NCBI GenBank assembly: GCA_964522405.1
Contig: CAZFTR010000001.1
Coordinates: forward strand, 116,686 to 180,685
Reading direction: 5' to 3'
Source: an uncultured Gammaproteobacteria bacterium
Lineage (GTDB): Bacteria > Patescibacteriota > Patescibacteriia > Magasanikbacterales > UBA922
DNA: 64,000 nucleotides
This document shows positions 42,201 to 49,016 of this stretch, in pieces. The notes beneath the pieces were generated by a model. The model was given only the letters and a program-made list of their open reading frames with translations. It did no database searches and was not told the DNA's origin. The first letter of the stretch is position 1; the number at the start of each line of letters is the position of its first letter. A program made the translations under genes and the position numbers.

Positions 42201-42624
42201 AGCTTGTGTGCCGGAATATTTTGAATTTATGCATGGTTATTCTTGTTCGCAGTTTGATCTTCAATTGAGTGAGCTTGATAATGTTGATTTCTTGGAATAT
42301 ATGATTGAGTTTGATCAGCTTGATGAGTATCTGGGTAGGCCGGACGTAGAGCAAACTCTTAAGAATAGGGGTTATACTCCAGAAGTAAATACCAAGGTCT
42401 GTGTATTCCAGCCAAAAGTTCAGATATTGGATAATTGGGGGTGGTGTAATGGAACGTGTGATTATAAAGGTCCTGGAAGTGGGTGCTATTCCGAAGATGA
42501 GCTTAGTGGAGATTTTTGCGAAGTGAGTTCAGACAAGCCTTGGACAGGTTATGGTGAAGAGACAGTAGACAGTCTGGGTAATACGATTAGAAGTGGTTCA
42601 ATTATAGTAATTCCGACATCATAA
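33232..42624 (+). CDS. Giant (about 3,130 aa) secreted Cys-rich surface protein
   Basis: Uninterrupted ORF; signal peptide ending AHA; many Cys-rich modules; CBM4/9-like segment near aa 1090-1230; DLNGDGKVDYKD Ca-binding loop; VDWGDG PKD-like motif. Confidence 0.88.
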   Translation: MFKNQNRKLKTSLIILLSSFVILVPVLAGLLKIDQAHAQAAAAAKAAAKVATEAASGAANSAPAVPTHELSSVPKKMQKIEDTLDDTFLSTGLSALISGASYFLNRLAYDGARWIASGGKGQGALAFQDGFGEYILKVGGDSVADAVQQLGNPYGLNLCKPSNLDVQVYLQLGYRKVYDGLGGEGGPKPKCSWSELKDKIEFQTSGDGVRYFGDTIVEGFQNSFRVEDSDFGIALGAAGQLDRIYAQKQQEAEGEQLVGEGFKPLKSMLSGKTLTPAQIIKEEAKSITAKHQGQMTANQISGVYGSGSIEALVGAASIFLTTLISDLSKNILTDGWLTDPGSGGGGSLSSNTEVVINEFASAINQNRRAAENAFKFLFTAVPVKQSSSYPLLDDFASCPDDPALNHPKLTNCVIDRAFREAIDRGNQGSSLTIREAMLKENGELLHGGWPLISPLREEEHTEVKDCYRNGYCYSNIQKLRKARILPLGFEIAALRSDPDQPWTLKQVVDGFNDCAVDPDSGNIVQSSKKPFCHLIDPNWIIRLPDPRCESLVYGPNLISNAAPTRHSECADISTCLLEDENGQCIGQYGYCLKEKNVWNMPGQSCPAQFSTCDTYTNTKTGKIESFLSRTVDYDQCTSDAAGCRAYSIYQEDGAWRNSSQTDELLKTKGEAQTMYFGKLASHATCPIDVDLNADGCSAFLQVTFDSEVGNYQKIAAATPLYMQKAPNYLGCYDTDLSTKEIIDWPISETDLTLLTDRPEQCADYAQVCVEDEAGCRKYRAAESGVQDVVGIVGANSCPAECVGYDTFKQEESNFEPSIFPMYFIADGVGSRSCPGQYSSCSEFTNIGAAGEGGEELEYFVDIKYCEKPEEDNEKTYYSWEGSDSAGYVLKVHKMKQIDQEEYTSYIFKVGQAIQFNPGDNLSFYEIGSPAYAKDSVENLEEYYHACNEENYKQLINGENQLGDIDEGCAAIYDNDGNIYYRILSETVTVSDQCTPYRKTNTYLELDSDLNTSELCSYKSGLWSDANLSCERCFNGGEYLDGSCVYWTIPSESLSCQGPAGQENLYNGCRTYTGNAVNDPVQKIFFDFEPQPSDDDPDGLNNAKDGWSVGEITLDAQQVGLHSLQIDSGIVALDVPAEIFTEDKWYELTFWARSAVEQNLVVKLIQIAQDVGNFNSNPNIEGGEIPVKINTNWQEYKLGPVQFAGSTDLEVTAMFQAVSLGVSSAYSIDNVRIVEVPKFHRIKNSWQQKDTGPLGEEVVLDVPLLCDTTPTDPFPGEHLGCSAYTDKTADPDLPVYTSGFEKLCRVKAEGCRPIVDTFNTVSHEDPGNQDNTLTHVYNAWCEELAEDICQVKHIDQVLGECQVGKGKNGCYIPKIVIPAGVEFKDLLNTTDSTVVVPADTEETTPIYLTYNTEYACSSSFMGCKAGALEEQSLPTENQISYEFSEQMVYDNPTFYEQTLCKSEELACEEYRHGNSLAYFKDPYLTGSKLCKYRENLDSGENYGWFMEGIGKCTGTEDLCSSSDDCSEDVACDLEIDVPCYDNYLQAGGENGIWSNDALFHPITGESLYDGFVGLCESQYNNCTEYLDPQDSSGADPDGKPYYVIADNQLISGQSECAGQVSLHEGCVLFDQTDNPNKFYDSEASYKKSAATDNPKYQPVTPITSGNLDANVVLKVEANRSCSEWLSCKNSIKITDENGIPKNVCNEFKACKESDGSAGCANWAVDSAYETEPLTQEKYIKRDTSWYGEEYTGYSLFDKYQISSIAYVSVEDEPFSYMAYELHPGVAPNNNCIGQAAWSKCGFDNGGRCHNEKCIYTMSGPFLPDSDTKDEIVAELEGGTCKAFPEDSSPYDFSFAEQPTLHETAYDDGPDRYTFETKKKGYGGANICQSGENCSCEYKKIAYGNGTTDYLSYSEDKYAKGVCTGGDFAQKSCRINSDCGAGGSCSRITSIETHIGLRGLCMEYDLSRPIDKDKDIYPCLTWLPVDTAATVLDPYNNDPKAGYLPRLDASVTLANGFKSEYGQVYCSEASGNAKGAYDIDGYREITNAINQSTVPKFSAICDGNPDTFVCNKDLYSNMFNEYGDYIFDEKKWVSITGNPEIAYDVGDANAEFPFTEKLPVLRDPFNAGWGDNFSSFNTWEDVEGSKTTIMQGFFEWQTRPPATPGSDVLTGASLYPDDDQNKNIYNYPDFVYSLVQQWAWHGGMYGRGLAETKESKNIILNTKSISDLCGDLIGKGQLYTGCADLYNFAVNAPTKTQQVELLKALLNARVSRILAEDTEEIKQQEIVNPNSTVLFTSALYFRDYLYTSLKKVEEIAPVKGLESKGQDKNKWYLEDEEMTEDLNGDGKVDYKDITDPESIFLRVSYEPVDFHSYTPGTIEKVFDFTGGSNKSTDKDDPNNYFYKSSIWGHATKKLRGYHPVFYNYEAAIEVVEDEISKLHYGPMMAPNGIERVLTIDFDTLNNSLPLESITANDGVLYDLNYYSEAVKGVYVFKVSPRTGPRAGWSRYIIISMEDGGFSEDKPVTDLSLDFFVELLDEWAGDSKSKWSKGVDWIDEDLGNRSLIWVWADFDEKGNMSDDFIKSNYQAWYQNTKSIFVYSSEFNAKDGKTPFLAVVAETHPRCTEFQVVYDSETEGLGGSTNKAWTDRVWNYSNYQPGTTFFFGNKLTKPAFSRPFGSLQLTADSFEGTNASGLSWEDARRRYTFRSPEFDGIPYSCDATALESEQTAFNQGNFFNEGLMYDNPDFIGLIEWGEQKCIASYGGNNELYNTMSFVEAENGIDMLSQLFKKSFTSIRANEQGENKFGIKGAIDPQNSLFVKEVGFDGSSTAEAGLIPPQIYSLNPTTCYDYTGGKINCTIGEADNITINRRNFMLEDYDDDGFYDEDLNGDDLPDLIIAENSFTAVAHFFAYADHNRMPIRRVMVDWGDGDISNQDRKGMYKNRKPYCIGVGNEQSPDIGECSQSEQLTCLKDSDCPLAGETCDLNAARHFGNSDRACVPEYFEFMHGYSCSQFDLQLSELDNVDFLEYMIEFDQLDEYLGRPDVEQTLKNRGYTPEVNTKVCVFQPKVQILDNWGWCNGTCDYKGPGSGCYSEDELSGDFCEVSSDKPWTGYGEETVDSLGNTIRSGSIIVIPTS

Positions 42625-42638
42625 AAATTTTCAAAAAC

Positions 42639-42665
42639 AAAAAATGACCTACAAGGTCATTTTTT
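42639..42665. terminator. Bidirectional terminator (unit 1 of the tandem duplication)
   Basis: AAAAAATGACCT-aca-AGGTCATTTTT. Confidence 0.8.
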
Positions 42666-42697
42666 ATTTAAAATATTTTTGATTTTTTTAATAAAAA

Positions 42698-42798
42698 GGG
42701 CCGTGCCGAAGCGCGTCCACGAGTTCACCGAAGTGAGACTTGTGGGCGCGCTTGGCTTGGCGTGCGACTGCTGAGAAAACGAGTTCGACTGCCGTGTA
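42698..42798 (-). ncRNA. Conserved structured 3' UTR, copy 1
   Basis: 42698-42771 is identical (74 nt) to 43657-43730; long bulged hairpin capped by cUUCGg (42705-42756). Confidence 0.75.
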
Positions 42799-43317
42799 CT
42801 ACGGCTTGAGCTCCAGCGTGTAGTCGGGGCCGTCGTTGTCGAAGATCGTGATCTCGATTCCCTCGGAGGTCTTGATGACCTCGTAGTACCAGCCTGCCGG
42901 CTTGTCGAGGGGGAAGACCACAGCGGCCTCCTCGGGGTTGTCGTGCCAGGTGATCAGCGGACCGGTGATCATGGGCTTCTTGCCGAAGCCGATCATGGTC
43001 ACCTCACAGGTGTGACCACCGAACCCGTTCTCGATCATCTTGGTCGTGATCTCCTCGCCCCAGCCCTTGAAGTGCTTCCACTTGCCCGCGATGTTCGGGC
43101 AGATGTCCACCACGGGGATGGGCTCAGGGGCAGGCTCTTCTTCCGGGGTGGGCTCTTCAGGTCGCGGGATCGTGTCCGGCTCGACGAACCGGGGCTGTTG
43201 GGCTGTGTCTTCTGGGATCTGATCTCGGTTAGTGCTCCGAGGGTAGTTGGAGCTACAGCTGGTAAAAAGAAAAGCCACGAGCGTGGCCACGAGAATGAGG
43301 ATGTTTTTCCTCTCCAT
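42799..43317 (-). CDS. GC-rich lipoprotein, paralog 1, unknown function
   Basis: AAGGAGGT 7 nt before ATG 43317; lipobox FTS-C; Pro/Glu linker; C-terminal domain DICPNIAGK...ELKP. Confidence 0.85.
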   Translation of the reverse strand: MERKNILILVATLVAFLFTSCSSNYPRSTNRDQIPEDTAQQPRFVEPDTIPRPEEPTPEEEPAPEPIPVVDICPNIAGKWKHFKGWGEEITTKMIENGFGGHTCEVTMIGFGKKPMITGPLITWHDNPEEAAVVFPLDKPAGWYYEVIKTSEGIEITIFDNDGPDYTLELKP

Positions 43318-43321
43318 GGTG

Positions 43322-43483
43322 GCCACCTCCTTGCAGTAGCAGCCGGAGCTATAGTGGAATTTCCACTACACTTCTAGCTACCACTAGCAGGAGTTTTTTG
43401 TCGCACGCTATAGATCTTGCCTTTTGGCTAGGTTTAGCCAAGCAGACAAAGATATTGAAAAGAGCTTTTAGTCATCAAAGACT
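43322..43483 (-). promoter_or_regulatory. Conserved structured 5' UTR, copy 1
   Basis: 162 nt identical to 44281-44442; hairpins UUGGCUA/UAGCCAA and GUAGUGGAA/UUCCACUAU; CUCCUGC can mask the SD; starts just after TTGACA-N17-TCTAAT (43491-43519). Confidence 0.75.
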
Positions 43484-43589
43484 GATAAATATTAGACTAT
43501 ATTTTTGTAATTTTGTCAAGTTTTCTATAGTAAAATAAAACTATTAGAAATGGTCAAATTAGGGTAATCCTTGTTTTTCAAATTTAAAC

Positions 43590-43616
43590 AAAAAATGACC
43601 TGGTGGGTCATTTTTT
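43590..43616. terminator. Terminator (unit 2 of the tandem duplication)
   Basis: AAAAAATGACCT-ggt-GGGTCATTTTTT; same stem as unit 1 with a different loop. Confidence 0.8.
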
Positions 43617-43656
43617 GTTTAAGTAATTTTTCACATTTTTTAAAAAATCATTTAAG

Positions 43657-43761
43657 GGGCCGTGCCGAAGCGCGTCCACGAGTTCACCGAAGTGAGACTT
43701 GTGGGCGCGCTTGGCTTGGCGTGCGACTGCGAGGAAAAAACGAGAGTTCGACTGCCGTGTA
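43657..43761 (-). ncRNA. Conserved structured 3' UTR, copy 2
   Basis: Same as copy 1 apart from a short variable U-rich linker. Confidence 0.75.
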
Positions 43762-44277
43762 CTACGGCTTGAGCTCGGCCCAGATGTCGGGCTTGGCCTC
43801 GTTGTCGAATCGCGTGATCTCGATCCCCTCGGAGGTCTTGACGACCTCGTAGTACCAGCCCACCGGAGCCGGAATCGGGAAGACCACGGCGGTCTTCTCG
43901 GGGTTGTCGTGCCAGGTTGAAGCCGGACCGGGGAACATCGGCTTCTTGCCGAAGCCCGTGATGGTGACCTCGCAGGTGTGGCCACCGAACCCGTCCTCGA
44001 TCATCTCGGTCACGATCTCCTCACCCCAGCCCTTGAAGTTTTTGTACTTGCCCGCGATGTTCGGGCAGATGTCCACCACGGGGGTGGACTCTTCGGGGGC
44101 AGGATCCGCGGGCTTGTCGAGCCGCGGGGTCTCGACCGGCTCGACGAACCGGGGTTCCTGTGCGGCGTCTTCCGGGACGTAGTCCCGATCTCCCCCACGC
44201 TGAGGGGTGAAGCCGCAACCGGTGGAAAGCAAAGCCACGAGCGTGGCGACCATGAGCAGATTGCTCTTCTTCATCAT
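43762..44277 (-). CDS. GC-rich lipoprotein, paralog 2, unknown function
   Basis: AAGGAGGT SD; lipobox STG-C; clearly homologous to 42799-43317; high GC3. Confidence 0.85.
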   Translation of the reverse strand: MMKKSNLLMVATLVALLSTGCGFTPQRGGDRDYVPEDAAQEPRFVEPVETPRLDKPADPAPEESTPVVDICPNIAGKYKNFKGWGEEIVTEMIEDGFGGHTCEVTITGFGKKPMFPGPASTWHDNPEKTAVVFPIPAPVGWYYEVVKTSEGIEITRFDNEAKPDIWAELKP

Positions 44278-44280
44278 GGC

Positions 44281-44485
44281 GCCACCTCCTTGCAGTAGCA
44301 GCCGGAGCTATAGTGGAATTTCCACTACACTTCTAGCTACCACTAGCAGGAGTTTTTTGTCGCACGCTATAGATCTTGCCTTTTGGCTAGGTTTAGCCAA
44401 GCAGACAAAGATATTGAAAAGAGCTTTTAGTCATCAAAGACTACTATCCATTAAGTATTAGACCATGTTTTACCAGTTTTGTCAA
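44281..44485 (-). promoter_or_regulatory. Conserved 5' UTR copy 2 plus sigma70 promoter
   Basis: 44281-44442 identical to copy 1; TTGACA (44485-44480)-N17-TCTAAT (44462-44457). Confidence 0.75.
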
Positions 44486-44713
44486 GCTCTCTATAGTGAA
44501 AAGGTTAATAATTTGTGTATAAAAAGATCAGTTTTTGCTTAATTTAGCCTAGATTTTGATTTTAATAAAATTTAATCTAGGACTTGCATAGTTGCAAAAA
44601 AGCCTGTTTTTGCTAAAATAGAAGGACTTTTATAGAGTTGGTTTATAGTCAGTAATTAGTGAAAAATTTCCTAAACTACTAACTGTCAACTGTTAACTAC
44701 AAACTATTTAAAT

Positions 44714-46474
44714 ATGTACAAAACAAACACATGTGGAGAATTAAGAAAAGAGGCTGTTGGGCAAGAAGTTACCTTATCGGGTTGGGTTCATAAGAGAAGA
44801 GATCTTGGTGGTCTGGTTTTTGTTGACTTGCGAGATAGATATGGTATTACTCAGATTGTTTTTAATCCTGATCAGGTTGAGGATTTTTCTATTGCTGAAA
44901 GTTTGAAATATGAATTTGTCATAAAAATTTCCGGAACTGTTGCAGAGAGATCAGCTGAGACTGTTAATCAGGAAATTGAAACTGGCCAGATTGAAGTTCA
45001 AGCCAAAACTGTAGAAGTTCTAAGCAAAGCCAAAGCAATGCCTTTTGAGATCTTTGAAACCAAAAAAGGTGAAGAAGATGAAGAGCTTCGTCTTAAGTAT
45101 AGATTCCTAGAACTTCGCAGACAAAAACTAAAAAATAATATTTTGTTTCGTTCAAAGATGACTAAATATATTCGGGATTTTATGGATAAGAATGATTTTG
45201 TACATATTGATACTCCTATTCTTACAGTTAGTTCTCCAGAGGGTGCTCGAGATTTTCTTGTTCCAAGTAGAATTCATCTTGGAAAATTTTATGCGCTTCC
45301 TCAAGCTCCACAACAATACAAACAACTTCTAATGGTGGCTGGTTTTGATCGATATTATCAAATTGCCGCTTGCATGCGTGATGAGGATCCTCGGGCTGAC
45401 AGATCGCCGGGAGAATTTTATCAGCTTGATTGTGAAACCAGTTTCCATACTCAAGATGAATTTTTTGAACTTATGGAACCTCTTTTTGTTGAGCTTACTG
45501 AGAAAGTGGCTGGCAAAAAAGTTAAACAATCTCCTTTTCCTAGAATTCCTTTCAAAGAAATTATGGAAACCTATGGAAGTGATCGGCCTGATTTACGTTA
45601 TGATTTAAAATTACAAGAAGTTACTGATTGGGCCAAGACCACTGAGTTCAAAGTTTTTGCAAGTGCTGATCATGTTCGTGCACTTCATGTGCCGGGCGGA
45701 GCAGAGTTTAGCAGAAAAGAAATTGATGATCAGTTCACTGATGTGGCAGTTCGAGCTCATGCCAAAGGCCTTGCTTGGATGAAATTTGTAGATGGAAAAT
45801 TTGAAGGTAATATTGCTAAATTTTTCAATGAGGAAAAATTAGATCAATTAAGAGAATTATTAAATCCAGAAGAGGGGAGTATTATATTTTTTGGGGCAGA
45901 TGAATGGCAAGTTTCTTGTGAGGCTCTTGGTGCTGTTCGTGCTTTGGTTGCCAAGAAACAAAATTTAGCTGATCCAAACTTAATAGCCTGGGCTTGGATT
46001 GTTGATTTTCCTATGTATGAAAAAGACAAGGAAACTGGAAGAATAGATTTTGGGCATAATCCTTTTTCTATGCCTCAAGGTGGTATGGAATCTCTAGAAA
46101 CAAAAGATCCACTTGATATTCTTGCTTTTCAATATGATATTATAGCAAATGGACTTGAACTTAGCTCTGGGGCTGTTAGAAACAAAGATCCGGAAATTAT
46201 GTACAAGGCTTTTGAGATTGCCGGCTATTCAAAAGCTGATGTTGATGCAAAATTTGGTCACATGATAAAAGCTTTTGAATTTGGAGCTCCACCCCATTGT
46301 GGATTTGCTCCAGGTATTGAGAGGTTGGCCATGCTTCTTCTTGGAGAAGAAAATATTCGTACTGTTGTGCCCTTTCCGAAAAACCAAAAAGCAGAAGAAC
46401 CTATGATGGGTAGTCCAAGTGAGGTTGATGAGGCTCAATTAAAAGAACTTGGACTTAAAATTTATAAAAAATAA
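44714..46474 (+). CDS. aspS: Aspartate--tRNA ligase
   Basis: RRDLGGLVFVDLRDRYG, PEGARDFLVPSR, ALPQAPQ, GAD insert, GAPPH. Confidence 0.97.
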   Translation: MYKTNTCGELRKEAVGQEVTLSGWVHKRRDLGGLVFVDLRDRYGITQIVFNPDQVEDFSIAESLKYEFVIKISGTVAERSAETVNQEIETGQIEVQAKTVEVLSKAKAMPFEIFETKKGEEDEELRLKYRFLELRRQKLKNNILFRSKMTKYIRDFMDKNDFVHIDTPILTVSSPEGARDFLVPSRIHLGKFYALPQAPQQYKQLLMVAGFDRYYQIAACMRDEDPRADRSPGEFYQLDCETSFHTQDEFFELMEPLFVELTEKVAGKKVKQSPFPRIPFKEIMETYGSDRPDLRYDLKLQEVTDWAKTTEFKVFASADHVRALHVPGGAEFSRKEIDDQFTDVAVRAHAKGLAWMKFVDGKFEGNIAKFFNEEKLDQLRELLNPEEGSIIFFGADEWQVSCEALGAVRALVAKKQNLADPNLIAWAWIVDFPMYEKDKETGRIDFGHNPFSMPQGGMESLETKDPLDILAFQYDIIANGLELSSGAVRNKDPEIMYKAFEIAGYSKADVDAKFGHMIKAFEFGAPPHCGFAPGIERLAMLLLGEENIRTVVPFPKNQKAEEPMMGSPSEVDEAQLKELGLKIYKK

Positions 46475-46518
46475 ATAATGTTAGTCACTAATTGTTGTTT
46501 ATTGGTCACTGAATAAAT

Positions 46519-48264
46519 ATGCCTGAGATTTTTAGTTTTGCAGAAGTACAAACTATTATAGCTATTAAATTTTGTTTGTTCTTGTTTCTGGCTATGGGTA
46601 TTGCAGCGGTTTTCAGCAGATGGAAACCGTTTGTTTTCTTGTTTTTTAGTGGTTTATTTGCTGCAATTGCCTATGGAATTTTTTCAAATGATCTTGTGCT
46701 AATGCTCTGGGGTCTTGAGGGGGATGAGGTAACTATTGCTGCCATGTATCAGGGATTTGCTCATGGAAGCTTTTTTTCTGATTTTAGCTATGCTGGTTTG
46801 CCACCATTTTATCCACCATTATTTTTTTGGATATTTAGTTTAGTAGGCAGATTCTTTAGTTGGAATGGGGTTCAAATTGCTAAATTTGCTGCTTCAGCTT
46901 CTATTTTTATTTTTCCTTTGCTGGTCTATAGTTTCCAGGCCTGGTATTGGGGTGTAAGCAAAAAAAGAAAACTTTCCAAAGAAAAAACTCCGGGTCAAAT
47001 TGCCTGGCTTTTGGCACCACTTCTTGTTTGGATTTTTATTGATTGGGATGCTTTTATTCTTAAGCCTTATGAAGTTATCGCTGCTAGCTTTAGTGTTCTT
47101 TGGATAGGTTTTTTGGTGCGTGATCTTTTACAAAGAAGATATTCATGGAGAAGATTTTTGCTTTATGGAATTAGTGGGGGATTGATTTTCATGACTTATT
47201 ATCTCTGGTTAGTTTTTGGCGCTATTGCCATTGCTATTTCTGCTTTCTGGACCAAGAGAGGTCATAAATTAAAATATTATGGCTCACTTGTTTTTATTGC
47301 TGTTGTGGCCTTGCTTATTGCTCTGCCTTATTTGGGTCCATTGGTTTCATCTTACGCAGAACATGGATCAGAAAATTGGCAGCTTGGTTTGATGACTGCC
47401 AAGGGCATTTCTTTTTATGCTCCCATGTTTCAGTATTTTAGATGGGAGAGCTTGCTGATGCTGGTTGGTTTTGGATCTTTGGTATTATTTTGGAAAAATA
47501 AATACATTCGAACTCTGCTAATTTTGTTTGTCACTTCATATATTTGGCAGATCATGGGTCTTGTCACTGTTTATTTTTTTGAATCGCCACTTCAGGAATT
47601 CAAAGGGTTTTATTTCTTGAATAGAACTATTTTAGCTTTTGCTCTTGCTTATGGAATTGAATATTATTGGAAATTAAGTTCTCAGGTCAGACATGGAGTT
47701 AGATGGCAGAAACCAGCTATGATTATTGGATTATTTTTCTTGAGTACTCAGATGTTTTTTGGATTTTTTATAGATGATCCCAAAGTACAAGAAAGATTGG
47801 TTGAATCTAGAAATTTGGAACCTGAATTACATGGTTTAGTTGATTATTTAAGACATGATCCAAAGCAAATTGAAAGGCCACTTACGCTTAGTGCTGGAAT
47901 AAATGAATTATATGCCTTTGTGCCTATGAATACTTTTATATATTTTAATCAGCATAATTCCCATCCAGGAGCTTTGTTTTCTGAGAGAAAATTAGCGATT
48001 GAAGATGTGGCTAATAGTAAAAATATCGAAGAGTTTTATGATCTTAGTCAGTACAATCAATTTGGGTCTATAAAGAGATTAATTTTTTATGAGAATAAAG
48101 AGATTGATGTTTATGAAGTTTTTCTGACAGTTGATGGCTTTCCAAATTCTACAGAGGGAGAAGTAATAAGTATTCCAAAGGAATTTTTCCAGGCTCCATA
48201 TTTTGAAAAAGTTTTTGAAAATAAAAGGTATGTGGTTTGGGATAGGATTTCAGGGATCAATTAA
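46519..48264 (+). CDS. AftA-like arabinofuranosyltransferase / GT-C membrane glycosyltransferase
   Basis: GLEGDE...SDFSYAGLPPFYPPLFFW, KPYE and HNSHPGALFSER resemble AftA conserved segments; about 13 TMs. Confidence 0.65.
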   Translation: MPEIFSFAEVQTIIAIKFCLFLFLAMGIAAVFSRWKPFVFLFFSGLFAAIAYGIFSNDLVLMLWGLEGDEVTIAAMYQGFAHGSFFSDFSYAGLPPFYPPLFFWIFSLVGRFFSWNGVQIAKFAASASIFIFPLLVYSFQAWYWGVSKKRKLSKEKTPGQIAWLLAPLLVWIFIDWDAFILKPYEVIAASFSVLWIGFLVRDLLQRRYSWRRFLLYGISGGLIFMTYYLWLVFGAIAIAISAFWTKRGHKLKYYGSLVFIAVVALLIALPYLGPLVSSYAEHGSENWQLGLMTAKGISFYAPMFQYFRWESLLMLVGFGSLVLFWKNKYIRTLLILFVTSYIWQIMGLVTVYFFESPLQEFKGFYFLNRTILAFALAYGIEYYWKLSSQVRHGVRWQKPAMIIGLFFLSTQMFFGFFIDDPKVQERLVESRNLEPELHGLVDYLRHDPKQIERPLTLSAGINELYAFVPMNTFIYFNQHNSHPGALFSERKLAIEDVANSKNIEEFYDLSQYNQFGSIKRLIFYENKEIDVYEVFLTVDGFPNSTEGEVISIPKEFFQAPYFEKVFENKRYVVWDRISGIN

Positions 48265-48272
48265 GGAGTTTT

Positions 48273-49016
48273 ATGAGTGAAGAACAAACATTAACTTTGC
48301 TGATTCCGGTTTTCAATGGAGAAAACTATCTTAAAAAGACTTTTTTAGAACTTGAAGATTTTTTTGCTGATAAAAAATATTTAGATCAGATAATTTTTAT
48401 AGATGATGGCAGTAATGACAATAGTTTTGAATTGATTAGTAATTTCAAAGAAGTCTCTAATTTAAATATTAAAATTGCCAGAATAGAAACTAATTCAGGT
48501 AAGGGTGCTGCTCTGAAAAAAGGTATGACACTGGTAGGGGATTCAGATTTTGTTGGTTTTACAGATATTGAACTTCCTTTTGGTTTAGAAGTTTTAGACC
48601 AGATTCTAGATAAATTTGATAAAGATCTTGATACTAAATTGGTTTCTGGCAATAGAAAACTGGGTAGCAAAAAGCAATATTCATTTTATAGAAAATTTTA
48701 TACAGTTTGTTTTAGGGTATTTATTCCCAAGAAGTTAAGAAAAATTCCTGATACCCAATGTGGGTTAAAAGTATTTAGAGCTAGTGAAGCAAAAAAGATT
48801 TTTAGCAAAATTAAAACCAATAGATGGGTATTTGATCTGGAATTATTCTTAATTGCACTTGAAAATTCCTATAAAATAGATTTTGTTCCGGTAAGTATTA
48901 AATCTAGTTGTGTTGATGGAAAGGGTGGGGTTTCTTTTTTGCGTCATGGAGCCTTTATTATTTCAGATTTAAATAGAATACGTAAATATCAGAGAAATGG
49001 ATACTACAGTCTTTAA
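48273..49016 (+). CDS. GT2 polyprenol-phosphate glycosyltransferase
   Basis: IPVFN, IDDGSND, NSGKGAA, DTQCGLKVF, FDLE. Confidence 0.88.
   Translation: MSEEQTLTLLIPVFNGENYLKKTFLELEDFFADKKYLDQIIFIDDGSNDNSFELISNFKEVSNLNIKIARIETNSGKGAALKKGMTLVGDSDFVGFTDIELPFGLEVLDQILDKFDKDLDTKLVSGNRKLGSKKQYSFYRKFYTVCFRVFIPKKLRKIPDTQCGLKVFRASEAKKIFSKIKTNRWVFDLELFLIALENSYKIDFVPVSIKSSCVDGKGGVSFLRHGAFIISDLNRIRKYQRNGYYSL

Noticed and set aside
42705-43730. Integron cassette array with the bulged hairpins as attC sites
   Set aside because: No RYYYAAC/GTTRRRY boxes flank the hairpin, each unit has its own promoter and terminator, and no integrase is present.
42799-44298. Plus-strand and alternative-frame ORFs over the lipoprotein genes
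   Set aside because: Antisense or frame shadows of high-GC3 coding sequence
42698-44442. Diversity-generating retroelement TR/VR pair
   Set aside because: Differences between the copies involve all bases plus indels, not only adenines, and there is no reverse transcriptase in the window.
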